Source: a virus
Virus record (IMG/VR): IMGVR_UViG_3300028840_004168
Location: 32,001 to 96,000 of that record
Length of the DNA stretch: 64,000 nucleotides
Strand: one strand, 5' to 3'
Under the pieces are notes generated by a model that saw only the letters and a program-made list of their open reading frames with translations, did not search any database and was not told the origin of the DNA. The translations under genes were made by a program, and so were the position numbers. Numbering within the stretch: the first letter of the stretch is position 1; each line of letters starts with the position of its first letter. Positions 9,283 through 17,879 of this stretch are shown here, one piece after another.

Positions 9283-10329
9283 TTAAACTCCAAATTTATC
9301 ATTGGCTAAGCCATCTTTATCAGACGGTATGTAGCCAGTTTTTTCTATTAATATACTGTGAGTGCCACTTTGCGTTTGGCCTATGGAGATGCTGCCATCG
9401 CTTGCTGTAACCCCTACAAACTGACCATCTACATACACCTTAGCGCCTCCCAGTAATTCTTTAGTATTAAAATCTCTCACCTTGATCGTAACAAGCTTGT
9501 CTTCAGCTACATCGCAAGCTTCACTGATTTCAAACTGCAATGTAGTGTAAACCGTCTCGCTTACAACTGTGTCTTCTGATTGCAGCTGCTCTACCTTGTG
9601 CAAAAATAATGCTAACACTTCGCCAGGATCATTGATTTGAGCATACAAAGAATCATATGCTGCCCTGTAAGATACCTTAGCTATTCCAAATCCAAAATCT
9701 TTGAGATCAGCATTAGGGCCATTGTTCTGCTGAAACGGCAGCGCATCAGGATCATAAGGATTGTCAACATCTCTTTTGCTTATCTGGACAATACCTCCTA
9801 CAGTGTTTCCAGCAAGCGTAGATCCAGTAGGAACTATAATATTAGCGCCTCTTCCATAAAATATTTTAGTTCCTCCAGGGCCGTCAATGGCCTGTGAGCC
9901 ATAGTCTGTGAAGCCGCCTATATCCCCACTTTGATCAGTGCATCCAGTATCGAAATTGCCGCCTTCAACTACAATCTGTGTGCCTCCTGATTCATAGTCA
10001 TAGCTTCCTAAAGATACTCCCAGCCATCCCAGTTTAAATCCGCTGTAGATAGGCTTGCTCGTGTTGGCAACGAAATTATTGAATATAATAACCTCTTCTA
10101 TTTCTTCATAAGCCGTTCCTGCTTTAACAAAAAATCCTTTAGTGAGATATTTATCATAGTCAACATTACTATATACTCTCACATATACAGGTTCTCCAAC
10201 TTGAAAGCAGCTACGCCCACAGTTCTTATCGTCATCAAGCTGTGCCATTATAACTCTTTGAGCGCCTGCAAGATTACGCAAACACCCCACTTCAAACTGA
10301 AGCGTTGAAATAACTACTTGTTCAGCCAT
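9283..10329 (-). CDS. Tail protein (paralog family A) with C-terminal PEGA/carboxypeptidase-regulatory-like beta domain
   Basis: C-terminus VTIKVRD...GAKVYVDGQFVGVT...GTHSILIEKTGY; N-terminus shared with 10346..10903. Confidence 0.6.
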   Translation of the reverse strand: MAEQVVISTLQFEVGCLRNLAGAQRVIMAQLDDDKNCGRSCFQVGEPVYVRVYSNVDYDKYLTKGFFVKAGTAYEEIEEVIIFNNFVANTSKPIYSGFKLGWLGVSLGSYDYESGGTQIVVEGGNFDTGCTDQSGDIGGFTDYGSQAIDGPGGTKIFYGRGANIIVPTGSTLAGNTVGGIVQISKRDVDNPYDPDALPFQQNNGPNADLKDFGFGIAKVSYRAAYDSLYAQINDPGEVLALFLHKVEQLQSEDTVVSETVYTTLQFEISEACDVAEDKLVTIKVRDFNTKELLGGAKVYVDGQFVGVTASDGSISIGQTQSGTHSILIEKTGYIPSDKDGLANDKFGV

Positions 10330-10345
10330 GCTTCACCTTCTAATT

Positions 10346-10903
10346 TTATAGTTCAGCCCATGCCAGCAACAGGGCAGTAGCTTCAGACTCTCCCAGCACA
10401 TCTGGATTGGTAACGAGAACTCTAATCTCATCCCAGTCTGCAGAATAAATCACATGTGCTACCCCAGGAAGTATTACACCTTCCTCATCTTCAGTGGCGC
10501 ATCCTCCACCTGAATCTGTAGGAAAGGCTGTAATCCTGTTTGACCCTACTGGATTGTTAATTAGCGGCCCTGCGTCTGGCGGCTCCAGCCCAAACCATTC
10601 AAGAGTGTCAATGTCTGTGATTGGCTTAGAGACAGATCCTTCATAACCATCCAGCACTATGAACTCATCAAATTCATCAGTCTCACCACTAACAACAGAA
10701 GCATTGCCTACATTAGAATACGCTGATGGAGTAAGCGTCAATGGATACTTGTAAGCTTTGACAAATACCGTATCTCCGACCTGAAAACAATTGCGCCCAC
10801 AATTTTTGTTATCATTTAATTCAAGGTCAATAGAGGCATCCGACTCAGCTTCACAGACTCCAACTGTGAATTCTAATGATGATACTACTACATTCGTTGC
10901 CAT
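10346..10903 (-). CDS. Tail protein (paralog family A)
   Basis: NDNKNCGRNCFQVGDTVFVKAY versus DDDKNCGRSCFQVGEPVYVRVY in 9283..10329. Confidence 0.6.
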   Translation of the reverse strand: MATNVVVSSLEFTVGVCEAESDASIDLELNDNKNCGRNCFQVGDTVFVKAYKYPLTLTPSAYSNVGNASVVSGETDEFDEFIVLDGYEGSVSKPITDIDTLEWFGLEPPDAGPLINNPVGSNRITAFPTDSGGGCATEDEEGVILPGVAHVIYSADWDEIRVLVTNPDVLGESEATALLLAWAEL

Positions 10904-10913
10904 CTTAAACTCC

Positions 10914-12299
10914 TTATTCTAAGTAAGTTTCTTTTTCACTTAGCTCTAAAAAAACTTTATGACATTCATTTTCTTCGCCTGCTGGCGATTGACAAATATA
11001 TCTAAACCTGAGAAATTCAGTTTTATAAGAAGCTATAAACACGCCGCAGTAAGGATGTTCAGTCGTCACCAACTTATAACCGTCTGAGTAAGTATAATCT
11101 CCCAGGTCTTTGCCGAAGTATCTGCCAGTCAGTTCTTTGGCAGGTCTTGCCAGCGTGCCTACGCCGTCATTGATCACTATCTCTTCTTCTTCTATTTCTT
11201 CTTCTTCAAGCGTAAGCAACAGAAAACTGGTTATCTCAGCAGTAGTATCTGTCTGGCTGGTCAAACAATATTCAAATCTTTCATCAAATGCTTCCTGCAG
11301 ATCCATGTCGGCTCGTATAAACGGACTAATGTAAGCCCTTATATACCCTTCTTCTCCATAATCAAACGATGACTCACCACATTCTATTTCAAGGTCTATG
11401 CTGTGATCGAGATCAGCGCCAGTCTCTTCAACGCCTGTTATAAGAAGGTTGTTGTATCCCGTATTTGCAGACTCATCAAAATCGATTGACTCTATATAAT
11501 TATAGTCGAACAGCATCGCATCAGGACTTACAATTATATTATCCCAATCCCTGTTGTTATTGGCACAGCCAGCATTGATCTCTTTGATAAACAGGTTTCC
11601 AAAAACATCTGGATCACTGCTGGTAGCGTCAGGTTGATCATGTGAATTCCTTATTCTAAATCCAATTATATCACAAACATTAGCAATCACCTGCAAAGGT
11701 GTGCTGTTAGAAACAGAAAACGTGCCAGGGTAAACAGGGAAGCTTTCTTTGAAGAAATTTTCAGTAGAAGTGCTGTCATACATGACATCTAATAAAGATA
11801 TCAGCCCTGAGCTCCCCCAATAATCATTAGACGTATCTATCATCTCTTGCACTATATCATGTGCAAAAATTAATTCTGAAGACTGCCACACGTAAGGAGT
11901 AGCGCCTGCTTCTATCTCTTCGTCTGTTTTGTCCGTGATCGTGATCGTATAAGGATTGTCTAACCTGGCTAATTTAGCTCTTCCCCAAATAGAGTATGCA
12001 CCGCTTCTGATATCGTTCTTGCCGCTTACTTCTTCAATTAGAAATCTGAACTCCCAGTATGCAGGCGGCGTATCTCCTTCGATATAACTCCGCATCCTCA
12101 GCCATATACGCTCGTTTCCATCAAGGCGATATTCATTCATCAAGTCATAGTAGGTATCATCTATAAATGATATTTCAACAGTATCTGAGAATGATGACTC
12201 ATCGATGTTTAGAGATATCTGCTCAATATACTCCTGCAGCTCTATATCGCTGGTGCTATCAACCCTTAATATTATTTTTACGTCATGTATTAAATGCAT
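10914..12299 (-). CDS. Baseplate hub/Tal-like tail protein with C-terminal family A domain
   Basis: N-terminal beta pattern (IEQISLNID...VEISF; FLIEEV...YSIWGRAKLARL; GTFSVSNSTPLQVIANVCDIIG) typical of hub proteins. Confidence 0.55.
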   Translation of the reverse strand: MHLIHDVKIILRVDSTSDIELQEYIEQISLNIDESSFSDTVEISFIDDTYYDLMNEYRLDGNERIWLRMRSYIEGDTPPAYWEFRFLIEEVSGKNDIRSGAYSIWGRAKLARLDNPYTITITDKTDEEIEAGATPYVWQSSELIFAHDIVQEMIDTSNDYWGSSGLISLLDVMYDSTSTENFFKESFPVYPGTFSVSNSTPLQVIANVCDIIGFRIRNSHDQPDATSSDPDVFGNLFIKEINAGCANNNRDWDNIIVSPDAMLFDYNYIESIDFDESANTGYNNLLITGVEETGADLDHSIDLEIECGESSFDYGEEGYIRAYISPFIRADMDLQEAFDERFEYCLTSQTDTTAEITSFLLLTLEEEEIEEEEIVINDGVGTLARPAKELTGRYFGKDLGDYTYSDGYKLVTTEHPYCGVFIASYKTEFLRFRYICQSPAGEENECHKVFLELSEKETYLE

Positions 12300-12301
12300 C
12301 T

Positions 12302-13195
12302 TTAAAACGCCACTTCGTAAGATGTTATATCGACAGCGATGTTATAGCTAACGATTACTTCTTCTATTGCCAGATCTTTATCAACTATTTCGTATGGTAT
12401 GACAACATCGCTGCTAACAGTTTCTAAAAGAGCGTTTACAATGATAGTCTCTTCGCTCTCAAGTCCTACCAGATCATAGACAATAATCATGTCAGATCCA
12501 ACTTCGATACTATAAGAAACTACCAAGTCTTCTTTTGCCAGTGGCTCCAGCTCATATACAATAACAACGTCATCGCTTATAACCACTGTTCCAACAGAAT
12601 AAGGCACGATTACTTCAGATGACATGGTAAGAGAATATGAAACGATAACTTCTTCGCTGGCTAATGGTTCCAGCTCATATACGATTATAGTGTCGCTGCT
12701 TACCGTAGTCACGCCGATGTTGTAATCAATGATCATCTCTGACGCAAGCATAATGCTGTAATCAACGATCATCTCTTGACTTGCAAGTGCGCCTATCTCA
12801 TTAACAATTATAGTCTCATCTGAGATAACACTCATCAACCCATACAGGATGATCTTCTCGTTGGCAGTCAATATCGGAATTACAACTACCGTCTCTTGAG
12901 ATATATACAGTTCTAACCTGATGTCATGATCTTTGTTTTGCGTCTGTCCGTCAAAGAGCATATATATATCATGATCTTTATCTTGATGCTGCCCATCAAG
13001 GCTCAAGAATATATCATGATCTTTATCATACTGAACCTCTACTAAAATAACATTATCAGAAAGCTCTCCTACAACAGCAAGAGTGTGTATTACTGAATCA
13101 CTGTTTTCACCTGCAACAATTCCTTGATCCACTATTGCAGAGTCAGAATAGTTAACAGAGGAAATTCCTCTTGAGCCAAACCAGGGCAATAGCAT
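12302..13195 (-). CDS. Repetitive beta-strand (fibre-like) tail protein
   Basis: Three DKDHDI..DGQ repeats followed by about 13 S-x-E-x-V/I-I/V-x-Y strands. Confidence 0.6.
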   Translation of the reverse strand: MLLPWFGSRGISSVNYSDSAIVDQGIVAGENSDSVIHTLAVVGELSDNVILVEVQYDKDHDIFLSLDGQHQDKDHDIYMLFDGQTQNKDHDIRLELYISQETVVVIPILTANEKIILYGLMSVISDETIIVNEIGALASQEMIVDYSIMLASEMIIDYNIGVTTVSSDTIIVYELEPLASEEVIVSYSLTMSSEVIVPYSVGTVVISDDVVIVYELEPLAKEDLVVSYSIEVGSDMIIVYDLVGLESEETIIVNALLETVSSDVVIPYEIVDKDLAIEEVIVSYNIAVDITSYEVAF

Positions 13196-13207
13196 GCTAA
13201 ATTCCTA

Positions 13208-13828
13208 TTATACATCCACAGTCATAGCCGCACGAGTTCTGATCGAAATGTTGGTATAAACAACTGAATTCGGATCGACAGGCACAGTAACCCTGCGCCA
13301 GAATGTTTCCGATGCAGGCGCAGTCAGATTGCCAAGTGCCAAATCTGCCCCTGGAACTGCTGTGGTATCCAAGCCTGCTTGCGTCTCAGCAAATTTATAC
13401 CATGTTTCCTGCGCATCGCCAGGGACAGCAGGAGTAAGATCATACGGCCCGACTGTTAAGTTAGTAGCATCATACACTGCATACAATAACGATCCTGTGC
13501 TATGCGTAACAGCAGTAGTGTCAAGAAACCCACGCACTACAGTCAATGTCTTTCCATTGACTGCCGTGATAAGTATCTTCTCGCTGTCTACCTGCGCTAC
13601 TACAACTTCACCAAACATCCCATCGATAGTGCTATCGTTGATAGCTATAAACGTATCAGCAGCTCCGATAGACCCATCTAAAGTAGTTTGTTCCGCAGCA
13701 ATCCATAGCTGTTCGTCTTGAGTAGTAGAGTCAGAAGGAATAATAGCATAATCAGGATTATTATAATATTGCAACTGGCTTACTCTGTCTGTCAAAGCAG
13801 CATCTTTATATATTCTTAGAATAGGCAT
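13208..13828 (-). CDS. Tail structural protein (paralog family B)
   Basis: ILRIYKDAALT...FWRRVTVP aligns with 13845..14468; internal TLTVVRG..DTTAVTH domain. Confidence 0.6.
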   Translation of the reverse strand: MPILRIYKDAALTDRVSQLQYYNNPDYAIIPSDSTTQDEQLWIAAEQTTLDGSIGAADTFIAINDSTIDGMFGEVVVAQVDSEKILITAVNGKTLTVVRGFLDTTAVTHSTGSLLYAVYDATNLTVGPYDLTPAVPGDAQETWYKFAETQAGLDTTAVPGADLALGNLTAPASETFWRRVTVPVDPNSVVYTNISIRTRAAMTVDV

Positions 13829-13844
13829 AATTACCTCTTAATGC

Positions 13845-14468
13845 TTATGATGGACGATGCACTAAACGTTTAGCTCTAACTCTCCATCTTAAATCACTCT
13901 TGTAAAACGCAGACTGCCCAGGTGGAACAACAATATTGCGATAAAACATCACAGTCTCATTGTAAGCCACACTGCCGATGTTCAGCTGCAAAGCAGCAGT
14001 AGTATCCCATTCAGGAGAAGAGGCATCGTAATAAGTCAACGAAACCCTGCACCAGCCAGACTCATCAGTAGCATCTGTATCATGACCGCTTACTGTTATA
14101 TCAGCATAATCGTAAGCAGCCCTTACCACAGTGCCTGCAGTATAGCTCTGTATCGCAGTTCCCAGGACACCCCTGTCAATTGTATAATGACCGCCTCCTA
14201 GATCGCCAATTATAGCTGCAAGCTCAGTAGCGCCCAGGAATACAATATCTCCAGCATCGAAAACACCCTGCGCCAGAAACATATCACCAGCAGTAGCGTC
14301 AAGAGCGTTTGCAAGCTCTGTACGCATATTCCCCAGGTAAAGAGTCTCTACCTCACGCTGCCCGATAGTGCCGTTAAACACGCCTGAGTCTGGATTAGTC
14401 ATCGTGCCGTCAAGAGACAATGGCCTTGTTAAAGCTTCGTCTTCGAAGATTCTAAGTGAAACAGACAT
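13845..14468 (-). CDS. Tail structural protein (paralog family B)
   Basis: SLRIFEDEALT...FYRNIVVP; internal YTIDRGVLGTAIQSY domain. Confidence 0.6.
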   Translation of the reverse strand: MSVSLRIFEDEALTRPLSLDGTMTNPDSGVFNGTIGQREVETLYLGNMRTELANALDATAGDMFLAQGVFDAGDIVFLGATELAAIIGDLGGGHYTIDRGVLGTAIQSYTAGTVVRAAYDYADITVSGHDTDATDESGWCRVSLTYYDASSPEWDTTAALQLNIGSVAYNETVMFYRNIVVPPGQSAFYKSDLRWRVRAKRLVHRPS

Positions 14469-14479
14469 TCAAGCCTCCG

Positions 14480-15544
14480 TTATGCACTTTCGCCAGCCTG
14501 ATTCAAATGCGGATCATTTCTCGACTCACTAGCTGAATTAGCTGGAATGATTTCTTTGACCCACACCCCTTTAGCAGATTGACTGGTAGTAAACACTATC
14601 TGATTCCCAGCAACCCAGCTACCAGCGCCCCATGCATCTGTAGGAATATAAAAGTAATAAGAGCTTCCATTGATAGCATAGTAAGCTGAACTTTTATTGC
14701 CTGGAGGAAGAGCGCCTGTAGCTGCTCCAGAAACAGTGAAAGCAGTAGAACTTGTAAACGTAATTGTCCAAGTATCAACTATACTTCCAATATTATAAAC
14801 ATAGACATTATCGACAATAAAAGTAGCAGGCCCAGTCTGACTGACAATCGCCTTGTCTGCCTGCGTATCTCCCAGCTCTACGCATGAAGCTCCAAAGGTA
14901 TAATAGCTGGTAGCATGTGTTGGCCCTAAAGTATAAGCGTTCCATGAATAGCGTGTAGCCGTAGAAAGCAAAATAGTAGCTACATTGCTTATCCATGAGA
15001 CAGCGCCAGAAGGTATTGCCCTGACATACTCTTCTTGCTTAACAACAAAGATGCCCTGAGAGTCATTGTATTCATACTCTGCCAGTCTAATAAGAGCACC
15101 ATCGTCAACGCCATCGTAAGGCCCACCTGAAGGCCCATCAAACGCAAGGGCTATGCTGGTAGAATCAGCAGCTATGTTAGCATTGATTTTACCGCATCCA
15201 TGCCAGCTGGGAACTGACCCTATGGCTGCCTGCGTATCTGTGTTAGTCCCTGCGCCTAGCCTGAGCCAGTCATCTCCAGGACTCTGTCTGCCTACACATA
15301 TGCGATGATTGACAAGCGCCAATCCATCTCTAGTGGCATCGCTAAGATCAGCTTCGTTCTTACAGAAGAGTTTACGATATCTGGTAAGACCAGTTATGCG
15401 TTCCGCTTCTGAAACATTAGGAAGCAGATTTTCTGCAACATTAGAAGTAATCCTGTTGCTAGAAATACCGCCGCCATTCGTAGGATCGTCACTGTTTACC
15501 AACGCCCGAAACATTTTTAAATCGGCTGAAACAATCCCTGCCAT
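14480..15544 (-). CDS. Phage tail/baseplate structural protein
   Basis: N-terminal DLKMF...NGGGISS...NLLPNVSEAER..G.TRYRKLF is a motif common in phage tail-tip proteins. Confidence 0.6.
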   Translation of the reverse strand: MAGIVSADLKMFRALVNSDDPTNGGGISSNRITSNVAENLLPNVSEAERITGLTRYRKLFCKNEADLSDATRDGLALVNHRICVGRQSPGDDWLRLGAGTNTDTQAAIGSVPSWHGCGKINANIAADSTSIALAFDGPSGGPYDGVDDGALIRLAEYEYNDSQGIFVVKQEEYVRAIPSGAVSWISNVATILLSTATRYSWNAYTLGPTHATSYYTFGASCVELGDTQADKAIVSQTGPATFIVDNVYVYNIGSIVDTWTITFTSSTAFTVSGAATGALPPGNKSSAYYAINGSSYYFYIPTDAWGAGSWVAGNQIVFTTSQSAKGVWVKEIIPANSASESRNDPHLNQAGESA

Positions 15545-15555
15545 TGTAAAACCTC

Positions 15556-15954
15556 CTAATTAAGATTCTCTGATAATGTTTTTACTTCTTCATCTGTTAA
15601 ATCTAATTCGCCTTCTTTAGATTTAGAATAAATTAAATCATAAACCGCATGTAAATAATTCGATAGCCTGTGAATTATTATACCAACAAAAAACGGAATA
15701 GCAAAAAATAAAATATGAAATTCAATATTTTTTATTTCCATATATATAAACGCTGCAACATATGCCACAACCCATCCAAGCCAAACGGATTGACAATACT
15801 TACAATCTAGGAACTCTTGATAATGCTTGTTATCAGAAAAAGATTTGACAAACCTTCTCAGCGGCTGCACAGGCAGCCCATCAACCCACAATTGGCACAA
15901 TGCCTCAGTTAGTATCGCTGCTAGTATTATCATAAGTATTGCCAGTCCCATCAA
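15556..15954 (-). CDS. DUF1360-like membrane protein
   Basis: PLRRF...FLDCKYCQSVWLGW with three hydrophobic segments. Confidence 0.6.
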   Translation of the reverse strand: MMGLAILMIILAAILTEALCQLWVDGLPVQPLRRFVKSFSDNKHYQEFLDCKYCQSVWLGWVVAYVAAFIYMEIKNIEFHILFFAIPFFVGIIIHRLSNYLHAVYDLIYSKSKEGELDLTDEEVKTLSENLN

Positions 15955-15955
15955 T

Positions 15956-16096
15956 TTATCTCCTTTGTTGTCTTTTATGTTTTAAAAAGTTATAACTGCA
16001 ATTAGCCCTGCTACACCTTTTCTTTTTATATGTTCTGCCACAGCATTTCTTCGTGACCTTATAAATAAGGTTGCTGCCGCACTTCGGACACTTCAT
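15956..16096 (-). CDS. 46-aa zinc-ribbon protein (not in ORF track)
   Basis: Manual translation MKCPKCGSNLIYKVTKKCCGRTYKKKRCSRANCSYNFLKHKRQQRR; ATGA overlap with the upstream gene; fills the gap exactly. Confidence 0.7.
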   Translation of the reverse strand: MKCPKCGSNLIYKVTKKCCGRTYKKKRCSRANCSYNFLKHKRQQRR

Positions 16097-16491
16097 ATTT
16101 CTTCCAGTATCAAAGTATAAGTCCGTTCATTTCCTCTGAACGCAGGTGAAAACCCTACCCTCCTTACCCTATAAAGCGGCACATAAGTAATAAAACCAGA
16201 GCCAGAAGTTACTACCTCATGAATAGTCCTGGTATTTGATTCTTGAGTTATCGGTATGCCATCCCTGAAAGTCAGTTCTCCTTTGACATTTGCCAACTGA
16301 CTTAACCATGCATATTGAGTCTCAGTGATAGCACTGATAGTGAAGCGCTTCTTTATTTTCTCAGGATTAGACTGCAGCAGCTGACCAGCAATATTTCTTC
16401 TGACTTCTCCGAACCACATGTCTTCAGGCTCATAAGACTCTGGCTGATGCTCTATCAAAGTATTATTTATATATATTCCATCATAAGCCAT
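16093..16491 (-). CDS. Distal tail (Dit)-like protein
   Basis: IYINNT...PESYEP...VRRNIAGQL...KKRFTISAIT pattern; small gene downstream of the tape measure. Confidence 0.55.
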   Translation of the reverse strand: MAYDGIYINNTLIEHQPESYEPEDMWFGEVRRNIAGQLLQSNPEKIKKRFTISAITETQYAWLSQLANVKGELTFRDGIPITQESNTRTIHEVVTSGSGFITYVPLYRVRRVGFSPAFRGNERTYTLILEEI

Positions 16492-16703
16492 TATTTACCT
16501 CTATTACTTATTGTTGAATCCTACAATATATTAAACCAGATGGTCGCCATAATAATCTTGTCTTATTGTATGAAACAATAAAATTATCATCAAAAGCAGC
16601 TCTTAAAGCAATAGTTTTTTCTTTTAAACTTCTTATAGAACCAATAACAACACCGCTTAATTCCCTCCTTAGTCTCAAAGCTTTTGTTAATTTCAATCAT
16701 CTG

Positions 16704-17876
16704 CTATTTCGCTCTCTCTACAAAGATCATGACATCATTCAAAGCGTTAAAGTTAAGAGTGTAAGTTATCACATAGCCGTCTCTTACAGGAGTGAAGGGC
16801 TCAAGGGTAGCTCTCCTGGCGCATACTATGACCTTGTCATTGCTGGAGGCACATTCAGCCACCATAACAAAATTAAATATGTCACCATCCAGGTAGCTCT
16901 GGTAGTCGCTCCTGTTATAAAATCTTATATCCACAGATCCAGCCACAGTCCTGCTTTTTAAAGAGTAAGCCATAGCTTCATCATCGCCAGGAAAATAATC
17001 TGGTCTTAGATCATTTATTATATCGATGTCAAATCCTGATGCTTCCGCTACTTGCAGCCCTTTGTATAGCCGCAGCGTCAGAGGATCTATTAAAGAAGGA
17101 TAGTGAGGATCGACAGTATAAGCGCCAACTGCTGATGTAGAATCAACTGCCTCTCTAGCAGCTATAAGGCCTGCAGACAGGCCAGCAATAGTATCAACAC
17201 TAAAGGTAAAGCTCAGCGCATTAACCTTGACACCGTTGTATAGGTAATAATCTATATCCCTCTGAGACTGCATACAGAGGCTCACAGGGAGATTGAAATG
17301 AACATCAGTATAGTAATTAGGGACGATGGCATACACATCACTGGCAGTTGAATCTACCAGCCCAAAGAACGCTTCTTCAGCAAAGTATCTCTTCGCATAT
17401 GTTGATTGCTCGCCTCTAGTCACTGTAAAGGTATAGTTGGGCGGCGGAGATCCATGCTTGTTTGCACTGACCAAGTCAAGCACTTCGCCCCCAACGAGAA
17501 AAGTATCCACGCCATCAAAGCCATCAGGGTCAAGTGTATTAACTTCGAAGTCCGTAGCAGTGCTGTCGGTAACGTCTTGATTGAGTGTGCCATAAATAAA
17601 CCCCTTACTTCCAAATAAACTTTTGTCAGTAAATTCGATCTTTCTACCAATGGCGGCTGTCATTACATCTATAATAGAAAGATCAGCCGATAGATCGACA
17701 TTGAGAGGCCCACTGCCAATGTAGTTAGTCTTCGCTAACTCACCATAGTTAATAAAGTTAAGCACATTGTAATCGTTTAAAGTAGAAACCACTCCCTCAG
17801 ATACCAAAGGGAAATATTTATCTGGAATTCCAGATTTAAAACTTGACTCTGTGCCTATGTATACAAACGATGCCAT
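16704..17876 (-). CDS. Second tail-tube-family protein
   Basis: YIGTESSFKSG, YYLYNGVKVNALSF, DIINDL...RTVAGSVDIRF parallel the major tube (HYGEEASYG, FIYTGCKIDNL, TINNNL...REVSGMVNIEF). Confidence 0.7.
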   Translation of the reverse strand: MASFVYIGTESSFKSGIPDKYFPLVSEGVVSTLNDYNVLNFINYGELAKTNYIGSGPLNVDLSADLSIIDVMTAAIGRKIEFTDKSLFGSKGFIYGTLNQDVTDSTATDFEVNTLDPDGFDGVDTFLVGGEVLDLVSANKHGSPPPNYTFTVTRGEQSTYAKRYFAEEAFFGLVDSTASDVYAIVPNYYTDVHFNLPVSLCMQSQRDIDYYLYNGVKVNALSFTFSVDTIAGLSAGLIAAREAVDSTSAVGAYTVDPHYPSLIDPLTLRLYKGLQVAEASGFDIDIINDLRPDYFPGDDEAMAYSLKSRTVAGSVDIRFYNRSDYQSYLDGDIFNFVMVAECASSNDKVIVCARRATLEPFTPVRDGYVITYTLNFNALNDVMIFVERAK

Positions 17877-17879
17877 TTA

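Noticed and set aside
16492-16703. Possible small ORFs (16508..16696, or a 36-aa Cys-rich frame) in the gap after the second tube gene
   Set aside because: No SD, competing frames and no motif; cannot choose or support either.
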